A DNA stretch of 63,662 nt, filler included, from Reclinomonas americana ATCC 50394 (taxonomy: Eukaryota): the NCBI GenBank assembly GCA_048213135.1. It is 7 parts of 6 records of this genome, joined end to end, with 100 filler letters (N's around TTAATTAATTAA, not from the genome) between each part and the next. Parts side by side here need not be neighbours in the genome. Positions count along the whole stretch, not along the records: positions 1 to 23,496 come from AFZH01015698.1; positions 23,597 to 27,599 come from PS015816.1; 5 more parts are not named here. One strand, written 5' to 3'. The translations under genes were made by a program, and so were the position numbers. Position 1 is the first letter of the stretch; each line of letters opens with the position of its first letter. Shown piece after piece: positions 13,432-26,450 of this stretch. Below the pieces are notes generated by a model. That model had not been told where the DNA came from. It did not search any database and saw only the letters and a program-made list of their open reading frames with translations.

Positions 13432-16400
13432 ATGGAGGCGGGCGATGTGACCCTGGACAACTATGAGGAGATGGTGCGACGAGTGTTGCAGGGGAGACAC
13501 ATGGAGGTAAGCGCGCGCGAACTCGCAAGAAAAAGCGTCGTTGTCTCACACTTTAGGTGATCGTCAGGTGCCGCCTGGCTACTTTACCGACGAGGACTAT
13601 GCGGAGATGTTCTCTGTCTATCAGATGGCACTGGTGCGTACACGCGCGTGTGTGTGTGTGTGTGGTTCTCTGTGTGTTGTGTTGATTGAGTGATCACACA
13701 AAAGGATGAGAGTGGTGGCGGTCGACGAAACACCTCGGTGGAGGCCGACGCCGAGGAGCTGTCGGGTATCCTCTCTGAGCTGACATCGACGCCGTCGACT
13801 GAGGAGGACGAACGGCGACGAGGTACATTGCGCATCATCGATGTCGATTCTCGTTCGTCTGCTGACCGATCGATGTGGGAGGAACAGACTTGTCGCAAGT
13901 GGTGCCGCTGAGTGAGCACGAGGCGCGCGTGGCTGATGCGGTGCGAAACAATGTGGAAGCGCAGCTTCGGATGCGTGAGCTGGAGCATCTGTTGGACGAT
14001 GCGGAGCGGCGTGCGGGCGATGCGGAGCAGCTGCGGGAGCTGGAGGCGGCCGATGCGCAGAACCAGATTGAAACGTGCGGCCCACTCTATCTGCGAGCGT
14101 GCGTGGCGTGGGGAAGTGGTGATGTTGAGGGTGTGTGTGTCGCAGGTGGCGCACCAAGTTTCTCGAACTCGAAGCACACACGCGGCAGCGACTGGCCGAG
14201 GTCGAGCAGAAGCAGGCTGCAGTTGCGTGCCATCATCGCGTGATCAAAAACTCAGTGCGCGTGTGTGCGTGTGTGTCTTCTCACTGTCCACGGCACAGCT
14301 GGCGGAGCGTTCGCCGGTGAGCGAGTACGACGTGGCGACACTCAAGGCCGAATTCGACACCGAGTCGGTGCTCGTCATCACCGAGGCACAGTTGAGGGCG
14401 ACGGGTCAGCGTTTCTTAATTGCTGCGCACTGCTGACTCCCTCTCGTTGCTCCAGATACAACCGACTGACGGCACGACCGTCGTCGTCGCTCACGCTACG
14501 CGAACACATTCAACTGCGCGTGTATTCGGTGGTGCGTGAGCTGCAGCTGGAGGTGGAGCGACTGGAACGTGAACTGGAGGCGTTGCGGTGCGTTTTGGTG
14601 CTTGAGTGCAGTGGTCTGTCGCAGATGCTCATGGGTGTGAGCGACTGCAGAGTGAGCGATCAGCTGAACATGGCGCAGTTTGAGCGCGCTCGCCGTGAGT
14701 TCGAGCACAAGCTGCGTGTGGCCAGCTCGACCGAGTCCGATGTGCGATCGTTGCGTCGTTGTATTTTTTGCGTTGTGCGCAGTTGTCTCTGTCACGACGG
14801 CAGCCATCTCATCGGGAAGAGTGTCGTCTGCAGGGAGTTGGGACTAATGCAGAAGCGCAATGAGCGCCTGCAGCGTGAGCTGAGTGAGTGCATGTCGCGA
14901 GCGGAGAGTGCCAAGGCCCGTGGCGACATGTACGACGATGTTGCGTTGCTGCCGATTTTCTCTCTCCGGCGATCGTCTTCCCATCACCGCTCACCTCTCC
15001 TCTCCTCTTTTGCTGCTTTGTGTGATGACAGATGCGTGCCAAGTACGACAGTGTGGTGCTGGAGAGCGATCAAATACGCACGCAGCTCGCCGAGGTTGGC
15101 CTTTTTTTCATGTGTTTCCTGTTTTCACCGTTGCCTGCTCTCATTTCGTGCGGCATCCACACAGGCCACAGCCTCGCTCAGCGTCTCACGGCAGGATGCC
15201 GAGTCGTTGCGTGCCGAGCGCAGCGGAACGAACCAAGTGCTGGAGTTGCTGCGCCGAGACAAGGTTCTCCGCGAGCGGGTAGACATGGCCGACATGACCG
15301 ACAAAAAACGTGCTCACTGTTTTGTGCTGCGCAGGAGTATCTGTCGGCCAATGTCGAGCAGCTGCGCGCACAGAATGATCGACTGGAGGCGGACCGTGAG
15401 CGTCTGGTGGCGCAGGTGGATCAGTCCAAGGCAGCACATCAGCAGCTGTATGATCGGTTCCTCAACGACACCGAGTCGGCCCGCACGCAGGTACTGTGTC
15501 GCCTGTTGAGTACACCCACTTGCCTTGCGCGCTCACTCACCTTGTGTGCCTCGTTTTTCCTCCCCCACGGCGCAGTACGAGAGACGAATGACAGAGGAGC
15601 TGCATCGGTTGCAGACGCAGGCGCTGGCCGACATTGAGCAAGTGCGCAACACGGCGCGCGAGGCATTCGAACGTGAGAATCGCATCTTGAAGGAGAGTCA
15701 GGAGAACGCTGTGGCCGAAGTCGGCAAGCTGCGCTTGCTGCTGCGCGAGAGCAGTGACACGTACAACACGCTGCAACGAGAGTTGCGGGCGCAAATCACT
15801 GTGTGTATGATACCGTTGACTGCCAGCCACCAACATTTTGTATCCCCTGCGCAGGTTTCAGCGGGTGCAGTCGACTCTCGAGGGACAGGTTTGTGTGTGT
15901 GCGTGAGTGTGTGTACGTGTGTGCGCGCGCACATGCCCCGCGAGGTCATCTGTTTTTTCGTGTCACTGACGGTGACGCGCGCGCGCGCGCACAGCTGGCC
16001 GAGGTACGCACGGCACTAAACATGAAAACATACGAGTACGACCGGCTGGCTGTGGTGCTGGAGGATGCGCGCGTGTCGGGCCGGCAGCTCACACTGGAGA
16101 CAGAAATGTTGCGCAAGAAGGTGGATGTTCTGAAAGAAGAGATGTTTAATCATGAGCGAGACACGGCGAGACGCATTTCGGAGCTCGGGGCTTCGTGTGC
16201 CGCCAAGGACGAAAAGCTGCGCGTCTATGAGGTGAGTGGCGGTGCAGTGTGTGTGTGCCTGCTGCGTCTCTGGTTTTGTGTGTGTGTGTGACTGTCATTG
16301 CTGCGTTTGTCAGGCATTGGAGCTGCAGTTGGACGAGATGGTGTCGGAGGCCACTGTTGAGGATGCCGACGGTCTAACTCGTGTGTTGGGTGCGTGTTGT

Positions 16401-17363
16401 GGTGACCGCACCGTATCGGGATGTCTGACCCGAACATTGTCCAGGTGGACCAGTGCCCACGGCCGCGCACAGGCGCCTGCAGCACAGCGTGTCGCTGGCG
16501 AAACGTGTGGCCTCGTTGGAGCGCGAGGTCGCCGATTGGCGCACGCGCAGCGAGAGTGAGCGTCAGTTGTCGGCGCAGCTGCGTGATGAACTCGAGGTCA
16601 CACAGAAGCGTCTGGAGTTATCGCGCCAGCCGTACACGTTCTTGGTGGAGTCTCTGACGCAGAAGAACGCGGAATGCGAGCAGGCGGAGGAGCAGGTGTG
16701 CGCTGTCGTCGCAGTCGCTGTCGATTTTTCGCGGAGTTGTCCTGACCATGTTCTTGCCATTCATGTGCAGCTGCGGGAGATGCAGGCTCGTGCTGATCAT
16801 GACGAGGCGGTGATTGCCCGTCTGGAGGATGAGAAGGAGAGGCTGGAGGAGGATTTGCGTCGGCTGCTGTCGCAGCGCACCATTCTCGAGGATTTGCGTC
16901 GTGCATTGGCACTGGCCGGCGCCCAGAACGAGTTGCAAGATCCGAGAGTGCGTCTCCCGACTGATGCGCATGTGCCACGTCACACACTTTGCTGACGAGC
17001 TGTGTGGATCGCAGGCCTTCCGCCAAGTGGTGGGCGATTTGTTGCGTGGCGTGGCGCAGCAGGACACACAAAAGCCGGCAGCACGATCCGCGGCACCCGC
17101 CCCGCTCGTGTCATCACCACCGACAAGGCTGACTGCCGCAAGGAGACAGCAGCCGTCGTCGTCAGCAGTACGAGAGAGCTCCGACAGTGTGCGAGGTGCA
17201 CTGGAGGCAGAACTCAGGTGCGCACAGAGCATATTTGGTTGCATTTCGGATGCGATCGTTTTTTTCCTGACGCTCGCTGTCACTGTCGTGCAGAGCTGGG
17301 CGTGTGCCCAAGTGGTTGCAGAAGATGCAGCGCATGTCGATGGCTTCGGTGGATTCACGATGA
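13432..17363 (+). CDS. PIBF1: PIBF1/CEP90 centriolar coiled-coil protein (about 18 introns)
   Basis: Motifs LTLREHIQLRVY, LELLRRDKEYLS, LRKKVDVLKEE, VPTAAHRRLQHSVSLAKRVASLE and SRQPYTFLVE. Confidence 0.85.
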
Positions 17364-17493
17364 CCTTGTTTATATATCTAGTGTGAAACGGCAGTCCACA
17401 CACATCGGGGTGTGTGATTGTAAACTTTCTTGTTCTATGAAAACAGGAAGGGGCATTACATGTGCGTGTGCGCTTGCGCATTTTGAGTGTGCT

Positions 17494-19755
17494 CTAGTCA
17501 TCGTCGGAGTCGACGATGTCGCCGGTGGGTTCGACCGCCGGATGCGGTGGGCACACCTCGCCCCACCACTCGCCGTCTGTCGCCCCAGCATTGGGTGCCG
17601 CGGACATGGCGGGATACGACAGCCCCTCGTTCACCATTACAGTGTCGGCAGCGGACAGGGGCGTCGCTGCGACGGTGGGCAGAAAAAAAGGTGAGCACTT
17701 GTTTCGTGCTACTCTGCCTTGTGAGCGTTTGTGCTTGTGCCTGACGTACCTTCCTCTCCAGCTGTGGTCGCCAGTGACGACGATGACAGAGATGACGCGC
17801 CGCCGAGATGATGCAGGTGGGCAAGGTGGACGGGAAGTGCCGGTGCCGATCCGCCCGCCGGGAACTGAGACATGAGGAACGGCGGATGGAGTGCCTGCGG
17901 GAAGCTTGGAGGGTGGTCATGCCGGATGTAGAGAGCGGGGCGCACGCCAGGCGACAGTGCCGGAGGCAGTGACGACGACAACTCCGACGCAGTGGCGTGA
18001 AAGTACGTCACCGGCGAGGCTGACGGCGGCTGCGGTAGCGACATGATGGTGGGCGGGGCGCCGGTAAGTGTGGCCACCATGGAATGGCCTGTTGGCAGTC
18101 TTGACACCGGCGACGCCAAGGCCGACGCTGCTGTTGTGGTGGTGGTGGTGGTGGTGGTGGTGGTGGTGGTCGACGTTGTCGTCGTCGGCATCGTCGCTGT
18201 CGTCGTTATTGTCGGCGACGGCGTTGGCGGTGGCGACAGCAGCGACAGAGTGCGCATGTCGATCATGTGCGACGGACTGCCGAGGATGGGGGGTTGCAGT
18301 AGTGGAAGGCCTGCCATGGGCACCAGCAGCGGTGGTGGCGGTGGTAGTGGCGGTGGTGGTGGTAACCTCGGAGATGGTGTTGTCGCCACTGGAGATCTTA
18401 TCGTCGTTGCCGTGGTGGTGGTGGTGGTGCTGCTGCTGCTGCTGCTGCCGCCGCTGGGGGCCGTGGCGGTTGGTGAAGTGATGGTTGTCGCCGATGCAGT
18501 CACGTTGGTGACAGTCGCCGTCAGTGATGATTGTCGTTGCCGTCGCCTTCGCCGTCGTCGCCGCCCGCTCTGCACAGCGGCGGTGGCCATTGTTGTCACG
18601 CTGGCGCTGCCACCGCTGCCGTTGGGGTGGCTGCTTTCTGTGCCGCCGCCGCTGCTGCTGCCGCCGCTGCTGCCGCTGCTGCTGCCGGCAGGAGACGACG
18701 ATATCGAAGTCTCTGCACCGCTGGCGTGCAGCTGCTGCGAAGCAGCAGAAGAAGACGACACACGGCCAACCTCATACGTCTCGATGCGCACCCCGGGCCA
18801 CGGATCCGTTCTGAGCGATATCGCGGGATGGAGTGTGTAGCGATTGAGGAACAGGAGAGATACAGCATGCAACCGGCACCACACCAATCACTTCCACCGC
18901 CAACGCAACAAATCATACAAGCGCTTCTTGTCCGACACATCCACCGACGCTACCCACGCCTTCCACGCCGACTGATTCTGCGACAGCGGTCTGTACACAC
19001 CGAAAGAGACGCGAGTGAGAATAAAAGATGAAAACAATAAGGGAACGAAAAGCGAACACCAGAATAGGAAAGTGTTAAGCGTGGCTGCAGGCTCACCGAA
19101 AGCTGGGGCCCAGTCGCTGAGCCAGGTACTCGTTGACCATTTGCCTCAGTGGCCACATTTTCATGCGCTTCTTGGTGCACACAGCCGATCCTGGCATGCT
19201 CTGCGCGCGGGTGTGAGTGTACGGTTCAATCAAAAAAGCATCTCATCATCGCCAATGGTCGGTTTGTCCCGACCGCCGAGAAGACACAGCAAAACACATT
19301 CTCACCCGCTTGGCAAAGCTCGATGGCAGTCGCAACACAGTGAACTCCTCAACCGTCGCGGCTGCAGAGGCGGTGGCGGTTGACGGTGAAGCAGACGGCG
19401 ATAAATCATCGTCATCGTCGTCTTCTTCTTCGTTACTGGCTGTCATGGTTTCGTCGCACTCCGTGGGCCCATGTTGAGCGCGGGCGAGGAGTGCGCGACG
19501 CAGCCAGTCGGGCTTGTCGCTGACAAAGCGTGTCTCAAACGCCACCGCAGCCTCGCGCAGTGCGGCCTCGAGTCGCGCGGGGCACTGACGATCACGACGC
19601 AGCACTGCGTCAGAGCATCATGAGTAGTGCATGGCAGAGGAGGAGAGAGCAAGAGGCATGCAACACGCACGTGGTGGTGTGGGGAGGGAAGGTGGAGGAG
19701 GCAGAGGAGGAGGAGGAGGCGGAGGTGCGGTATCGCCTTGTTTGTCGACTTGCAT
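17494..19755 (-). CDS. Hypothetical protein with a long Ser/Thr/Pro low-complexity C-terminal half (6 exons)
   Basis: Five GT-AG introns give a continuous frame MQVDKQGDTAPPP...KRMKMWPLRQMVNEYLAQRLG...DLTDPWPGVRIETYE...DSDDD*. Confidence 0.55.
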
Positions 19756-21488
19756 TTTTTTCTTCTCACGCACACGCGCAAAACAGGAGGCCCACCAGCG
19801 AGGTCCGTGGCTGGCCCTTCCCACCGCCACTGGAATCAGTGCGCAGGGGTGGGAGCGGTGGTCGACTGCACCAAGTGTGCACACGCGCGCACCCGAGGCG
19901 GTGTGCGTGGGGTGAGTGCCCGCGCACAAGAGACACGCAAGAGGAAAGGGCAAAGAAATGTGCGGTCACCGGGGTGACGTCACGCGTGCGCGCGGGGATG
20001 CTGTGTATTGGGGGTGCACCGGTGTGGAAAGCAGCGTGGTGTGTTGGGTGCTATGTTAGGCAAGACAAGTGCTCTTTCGCTCGTCGTCGTGCAGGGACGT
20101 GCAGGGAGAGAGAGAGTGAGAGAGCGGGCGGAAATCGGGTCGTTTGTGAATTGCATGGTGGCCGGTATCGTTTCGGATTCGAACGCTGTGCTGGTACGAG
20201 CGAGTGAGACAGCGTGCTGAGGAATGGACACACACTCATGTCGAAAAGACAGGACATGTTGCGCGGAGTTGCCCGTGTCTCGGGCAGTGATTCCCTCTGG
20301 CGACATGGATCTGGCAAGTACGAGTGCATATGCACCATGCGTGTGCGAGAGTTTTGGCGTGTGTGTGTGTGTGCCTGGGTGGTCGGCACTGCGTACACCA
20401 CTGATTAGGTGCGGAGCAATCCTGCAAATACTGCAGCGCACGAAGCGGAGACCTCCACAGCGGGATGCTGCGCGCGCGCGCATGCATATGAGTCGCCTGT
20501 TTCACAAACAACGCTGAGCTGTTTGCAGTGCGTGCCGTCTCTGCAGTAGCACAGTCGTGAGCACGAAGATGGTGTATGCGTGAATGTGCATCGGCGCTTG
20601 CGTCAGCAACACTCCGCCAAGTGCGAGTGAGTGAGCAATCACAAATATTCTCTCTCCGATATTTCGCGACACGACAACACAGCTCGTCGTGTCCATGCGC
20701 ATGCGCAATGCACACAACAGTTGTTGTCACAACAGTGCGTGCCACACCGTCTTTTCACAGCGGCAGCACTCCACAGATGTGGAAGTGTGTCTCCCATTTT
20801 CGGCCAAAGTGGGAGATCGCGATTGCATGCAGCCAAAGCGCTGCGCTCATTCACCAATCGCCTGATCAGTCGTCGTCTCGCGCGCTGAGTGATGCCCATT
20901 TTTGGCCTCGCTGCATGATAGCAGCACCGCGCATGTAATGCAAGGTGCAGCGACGATTGCAGGTTGGATTAATATTCGGAGCAAGCGCACGCCGGCGCCC
21001 GCCAGCCGACGGCCGCGCACACGGGCAAGCGACGGGTGCAACACGAGGCCTAGGAGCACCATCACTGCAACGATAACCGGCTCAAGATCCACGCGCCGGC
21101 TGTGAACGGACCGCGTGTGCGACGGCGACTTCAATATCAATATCGAAGACATGCACAGCTCGTGCGAACACTCTGGAAACGCAGCGCTGTCGATTCGACA
21201 GCGCGCGTATATGCAACCTGCTGGGTGGAGTACACTGATCTCGTACACAGTGATACCGATATTGCAATTACACCCATGTACATGTAAGTGCTAGCGCTGC
21301 GGATGCGCAGTGCTGCACTCGACGTGCACGTGGACGTCGGCGCAGCGAGGTATAATTTGCAACTCTTCTTGATAGTCATCACAGCACACATACCTGTGCT
21401 CGGAGAGAGTGCAGACGTCGATGCCGTCGATCGCGATCCATGTCCTGCAGGAAGAGCAGCCAGCAGAGAGACGAAGAGGGAAGGAGCA

Positions 21489-23471
21489 ATGGTGGTTCTG
21501 GTGGTTGTCGACAACTCTCTGTCGATGCTGCGCGTGGTGGAGAGTGCAGGCGCCACGTCCACTCCACAGACACTGCTGGAACTCGCACGTGCATGTTGCG
21601 TCCTCACTCTCTGTCACGCACACACACACTCTGATGTTGCCACTGACATGCCTGCAACAGATGCACGCTCGTTGTGTAAACAAGTGCGCGCTGCGGCTCC
21701 AGAAGAACCCTGTTTGGTCTCTGCGTTGGTCGCTGAGCAGCCGGAGGCATTCACGACAGAAGTGCAAGACTTGCTGAACACAATGTGAGAGGAGCACGCA
21801 AGAGAGAGAGAGAGAAGGAAAAGAGAAGCGAGAAGGAGTGCAAGAGGGAGAGAGACAAGTTGCATGCATTGCTGATTGCTGAAAAGAGAGAGAGAGAGAG
21901 ATGAAGACAAGTTGCTTGCGAGTGACACGCAGGAGGAGAGACAGACAAGAGAGAGTTGACAGTCATGTGCTGTCTGCTTTGCTGACTGCTCGTCGATCAG
22001 TGAGACGCGCACCGAGTTCCTTCCGACGCCATCGCGTGGAGACGCGCTCAACGAGCTTGTGAGGAGACATCTCGCCTCGCATGTCGACAGCGGCGGTGGG
22101 AGTGCCGGTCAACCCAAGCTCTTCTTCATCACTGACGCGCATTTCTGTTGCGTTCATGCCTGCGAGACCGAGTGGTGCGATCGCTGCTGTTGTCGTAACT
22201 TGGCGATGTCGAGCAGGCAAGGCGGCTAACTTGGCAGCGGTGGCGTCGTTGGCTGAACGACGCTTGAGGATCATTCTTGTGTTGCTGGAGGATACGCGTG
22301 GTGTGGGTGACGGTGAGGGCGAGGAAGGGGGAAAGAAGAGAAATCTAGAAAGAGAGGACAACACGAGAGCTCTGCACTCGTGTTTCTCTCACTCTCTTTG
22401 ATGTTCGTCTCACGTTGCTACCATCAGCTCTGGACGTGCTGCGTTCGTCCAAGAATTGCTCTGTGGAGTCGTATAGAGAAGGCGCGCCGGAGGCTGTCAG
22501 CGCAGCGCTGGTGGAGACCTACTGTGGCCACTATCAAGGTCATCTGGCGGTCGGCAATCTGCGATCGCTGGTGCTCCTCAATCCCGATCCGCACACCTTG
22601 CCGCTCTTTGGTTGCGTCCCTCGGTGGCGCATCTGGACAATGTGTGTGTGTGTCTCTCCCTCATGTCTTCCAAACTGCAGACGAATCCGGCTTCCCGGCT
22701 GTGCTGGCGATCAATGGCTTCGTGTGGCTGCACCACATCATGTATCCACCCGTGACACAGCGGTTTATCATTACACGCAGTTGCGGTGTTTAATTCTTTG
22801 CTTCAGTCGGTGCTACTACACCCTCTCATGCACTCGCGCACAGACGCGCCTGAGCGTGCTGCCTTCTTCATCGCCCTCGGCCACTCGCTTCTGCGGCTAC
22901 GCATGGCCGGCGTGGTGTCACTGGGCGACATGTTTGTCGGCCTCGTGTGTGCGGTTGCCGACAAGGACAAGAACGGTATCTGCGCAGCACTGCACCTCCC
23001 CCCTGTTGGTGTGTCCCACTCACCTCGTGTGTGTGTGTTATTGTTGTAGTGATGGTGCTCGATGTTATTGATCGGTCCGAACCACTTCCGTGGCTGGCCG
23101 ACCCGGTGCCCTTCCAGCACTTGTCCACGTACGAGGGCGAGGAGGTGGACGGTCGCAAAGTGCCCGAGTCGATGCCGCTAGAGGTGCCCGTGCCCGCCGC
23201 GTCCACCGAGGTGAGATTGAGGAGAGGAGAAGAGAGTTGGTTACGTGTCTCGCTCACCCCACCCGGCTAGAGTCCGCTGTCGGCGTTGCTGCGTGATTCC
23301 GCTCTGGAGGCGGCATTGGACCGCATTGGGCGGATCAAGAAGCGTGACGCCCTCGAAAAGGATTGCAACTCTGTGTTGGCGCTGGCACGCGCCACGTCGT
23401 ACCCGGCTCTGGCCGCCACACTGGCCTCTCGCATCGCTGTGCGCATGAAGTTGTGCCACATTTCCCCCTAG
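21489..23471 (+). CDS. INTS14: Integrator complex subunit 14 (VWA9) homolog, 8 introns
   Basis: A vWA start MVVLVVVDNSLSM, then LFFITD, YQGHLAVGNL, INGFVWLHHIMYPPV, FFIALGHSLLRLRMAGVVSLG and EPLPWL, in the same order as INTS14. Confidence 0.78.
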
Positions 23472-23496
23472 TGCTTTGGCATCGACTTTCCCCTCA

Positions 23497-23596
23497 NNNN
23501 NNNNNNNNNNNNNNNNNNNNNNNNNNNNNNNNNNNNNNNNTTAATTAATTAANNNNNNNNNNNNNNNNNNNNNNNNNNNNNNNNNNNNNNNNNNNN
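23497..23596. other. Artificial contig linker N44-TTAATTAATTAA-N44
   Basis: The six-frame stop linker recurs identically at 27600-27699, 31181-31280, 41436-41535, 53693-53792 and 62268-62367. Genes are truncated at these joins. Confidence 0.97.
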
Positions 23597-23706
23597 GCGT
23601 GAGCGTGCATGTAAGAAGGTGTTTACATAGCGATCCCCTGGCGGCCTCCGGAGGCCAGACTTCGAAAGTCGTCGTCCGACGAGCTCTTGTATTCACACAT
23701 CATATC

Positions 23707-25029
23707 ATGGGGTGCACGTCATCCTCCACTGATGCGGCTGCCGGCAGTGCGGAGGCTCACTATCTCGTCGCTATGGACGATGTCGGCGGGTTACGCACGC
23801 TGGTGGCACGATGTGGCCCGCGCGTGTTGCGACACGTGGACACTGTGTTTGAGTGCACACTGTTCCAGAACGCCGCCAAGCACGGCAGTCTTGGTGCGCT
23901 TGACTACATGTGGGAGGAGAGTGGCATCGGTCCCGAGCTGGCCACCACACGTGATGCGCAAGGTCGCACAGCACTTATGTGGGCTGCGCATCGAGGCACT
24001 CCGTCGGCCGTGGCATGGCTGTTGGCCGACGAGCGACGGTGCTCGGCGGAGATGGTGCGAGCGACGGACTGCAAGGGATTCACGGCGCTGCATCACGCTG
24101 CCGTTGGTGCGGATGTGGAGGCGACGCAGATGTTGATGGCCGCACACCCCGATCTGCTGTACACACTCTCTGCCGAGTTCACTGCCGCGGATGGAAGACA
24201 AGTTCCGCCCCGTACTCCGCTGGAGGTGGCTAAGCGCGAGTCGTCAGTGTCTGCTGTGCCTGCGTTGTTGGCAAAACATCTCGGTCCGTATGAAATGACC
24301 GCCGTCGGTGATGTGGAGGCGCTGCGGAGAATGGTGACGCACCTGGGACCTGAGCGAGTGTTCGACGCTCACCCAGACTTGGTGCGTCTGGCTGCCTGGC
24401 AGGGCCGCCTTGATGTGTTGCAATATCTGTTGGACGAGCTCGGGGTGCAGAGGGCGCAGCAGCCTCCGAGTTTTGTGATGCGCCCACCGTACTGGAGACG
24501 TCAGTACATTGCCGAGTACGCGTTTAGGAGAAAGTACGGCGAGCGTTCAGAGCTGCGTGACTTGACGCCGTTGATGGTCGCTGCGGGAGAGGGTCATCTG
24601 CACGTGGTGGAGTGGCTGCTGGCCGATCCGCGCCGATGCCCTCCAGAGATGATATTTGCCGTCACGCGGACCAGCACTTTAAACTTTCTGAAAGGCAGCA
24701 GTGCGTTGCACATCGCCGCATCAGAGGGACACGAGGCCATCGCCCGACTGCTGGCCAACTCGCACCCCGATCTCGTGTTCGCTCTGAATGAGCGCGGACA
24801 GACGGCTGCCGACCTGGCGCCAGTCGGTGGCAGCTTTGGCGCATATCTGCAGTGCTTTGCCGGCATGTGGCATGAATTGCAGGCAGCGCGCCTAGTCGTG
24901 GCGGCACTCGACGTCGACGACGAATTGCAAGACGCAGAGTCGCTGCCGCACCTTGTGCTGCGGTGTTTTGTTGTGGAGGAGGCCGCGATGTTGCTGCATC
25001 GTTTTTTACGCCAAGGGAATGAGAGTTGA
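23707..25029 (+). CDS. Intronless ankyrin-repeat protein, copy A (MGCTSS N-terminus)
   Basis: Ankyrin motifs GRTALMWAA, GFTALHHAA, TPLMVAAGEGHL, SALHIAASEGH and GQTAADLA in a single 440-aa ORF. Confidence 0.9.
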   Translation: MGCTSSSTDAAAGSAEAHYLVAMDDVGGLRTLVARCGPRVLRHVDTVFECTLFQNAAKHGSLGALDYMWEESGIGPELATTRDAQGRTALMWAAHRGTPSAVAWLLADERRCSAEMVRATDCKGFTALHHAAVGADVEATQMLMAAHPDLLYTLSAEFTAADGRQVPPRTPLEVAKRESSVSAVPALLAKHLGPYEMTAVGDVEALRRMVTHLGPERVFDAHPDLVRLAAWQGRLDVLQYLLDELGVQRAQQPPSFVMRPPYWRRQYIAEYAFRRKYGERSELRDLTPLMVAAGEGHLHVVEWLLADPRRCPPEMIFAVTRTSTLNFLKGSSALHIAASEGHEAIARLLANSHPDLVFALNERGQTAADLAPVGGSFGAYLQCFAGMWHELQAARLVVAALDVDDELQDAESLPHLVLRCFVVEEAAMLLHRFLRQGNES

Positions 25030-25133
25030 ATAAACAGCGGTGACCTACTGCTCCGCCGTCTTGTCCCTGCCCTCACTTCACGTCCGTCGAGTGTCCGGAT
25101 CGCGACAGTTTCGTTACTTCGTCTGGGCACGCC

Positions 25134-26450
25134 ATGGGCTGCACGTCATCCTCCGCTGATGTGGCCGCGAGCAAGGAGGCTCGCTATCTCGTCGCCCTGG
25201 ACGATGTCGACGGGCTGCGCACGCTGGTGGCACGATGTGGCCCACGCGTGTTGCGACACGTGGACACTTTCTTTGGATGCACACTGTTCCAGAACGCCGC
25301 TGAGCACGGCAGTCTTGGTGCGCTTGACTACATGTGGGAGGAGAGTGGAATCGGTCCCGAGCTAGCCACCAGGCGGGATACGAAAGGTCGCACGGCACTG
25401 ATGTCGGCTGCGCATCGAGGCACTCCGTCGGCCGTGGCATGGCTGTTGGCCGACGAGCGACGATGCTCGGCGGAGATGGTGCGAGCGACGGATCACCGCG
25501 GATTCACGGCACTGCACCACGCTGCTATTGGTGCGGATGTTGAGGTGACGCAGATGTTGATTGCCGCGCATCCCGATTTGCTCTATCAGCTTTCTCGCAA
25601 GGAATACGTAACTGAATGTGGAGACCGACTTCCACCCGTGACGCCACTGGAGGTGGCTGATCACCCCTATTCCATGTCGGGAGTGGCAGAATTGCTGGCG
25701 AAACATCTGTGTCCATACACCATGACGATCGACGGTGATGTGGAGGCGCTGCGCAGAATGGTGACGCGTCTGGGACCTCGGCGAGTGCTCGATGCTCACC
25801 AAGACTTGGTGCGTCTGGCTGCCTGGCAGGGTCGCCTTGATGTGTTGCAATACCTGTTGGACGAGCTGGGTGTGCACAGCGCGCAGCAGCCTTCGAGTTT
25901 TCTGATGCGCCCGAGACGTCAGTACATTGCCGAGCACGCGTTAAGGAGAAAGTACGGCGAGCGCTCAGAGCTGCGTGACTTGACGCCGTTGATGGTCGCT
26001 GCGGGAGAGGGTCATCTGCACGTGGTGGAGTGGCTGCTGGCCGATTCGCGCCGATGCCCTCCAGAGGTGGTACTTGCCGTCACTCGGACCAGCACTTTGA
26101 AGTTCCTGAAAGGCAGCACTGCGTTGCACATCGCCGCATCTGAGGGACACGAGGCCATCGCCCGACTGCTGGCCAACTCGCACCCCGATCTCCTGTTCGC
26201 TGTGAATGAGCGCGGACAGACGGCTGCCGACCTGGCGCCACCCGGTGGCAGCATTGGCGCATATCTGCGGTGCTTTACCGGCAAGTGGCATGAACTGCGG
26301 GCGGTGCGCCTGGCCGTGGCGGCACTCGACATCGACGACGAGGCGCAAGACGCAGAGTCACTGCCGCACTTGGTGTTGCGGTGTTTTGTGGTGGAGGAGG
26401 CTGCGATGTTGCTGCATCGTTTTCTACGCGAAGAAGTGGATGAGAGTTGA
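25134..26450 (+). CDS. Intronless ankyrin-repeat protein, copy B (tandem paralog)
   Basis: A 438-aa ORF that is collinear with, and highly similar to, copy A. Confidence 0.9.
   Translation: MGCTSSSADVAASKEARYLVALDDVDGLRTLVARCGPRVLRHVDTFFGCTLFQNAAEHGSLGALDYMWEESGIGPELATRRDTKGRTALMSAAHRGTPSAVAWLLADERRCSAEMVRATDHRGFTALHHAAIGADVEVTQMLIAAHPDLLYQLSRKEYVTECGDRLPPVTPLEVADHPYSMSGVAELLAKHLCPYTMTIDGDVEALRRMVTRLGPRRVLDAHQDLVRLAAWQGRLDVLQYLLDELGVHSAQQPSSFLMRPRRQYIAEHALRRKYGERSELRDLTPLMVAAGEGHLHVVEWLLADSRRCPPEVVLAVTRTSTLKFLKGSTALHIAASEGHEAIARLLANSHPDLLFAVNERGQTAADLAPPGGSIGAYLRCFTGKWHELRAVRLAVAALDIDDEAQDAESLPHLVLRCFVVEEAAMLLHRFLREEVDES

Noticed and set aside
18043..18840. Val/Gly-rich antisense ORF of 265 aa
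   Set aside because: It is the shadow of the Thr/Pro/Ser triplet repeats in the minus-strand gene.
23541..23552. TTAATTAATTAA repeated six times as a possible biological repeat or piggyBac-like target site
   Set aside because: It is always flanked by exactly 44 N on each side, so it is an artificial concatenation linker.
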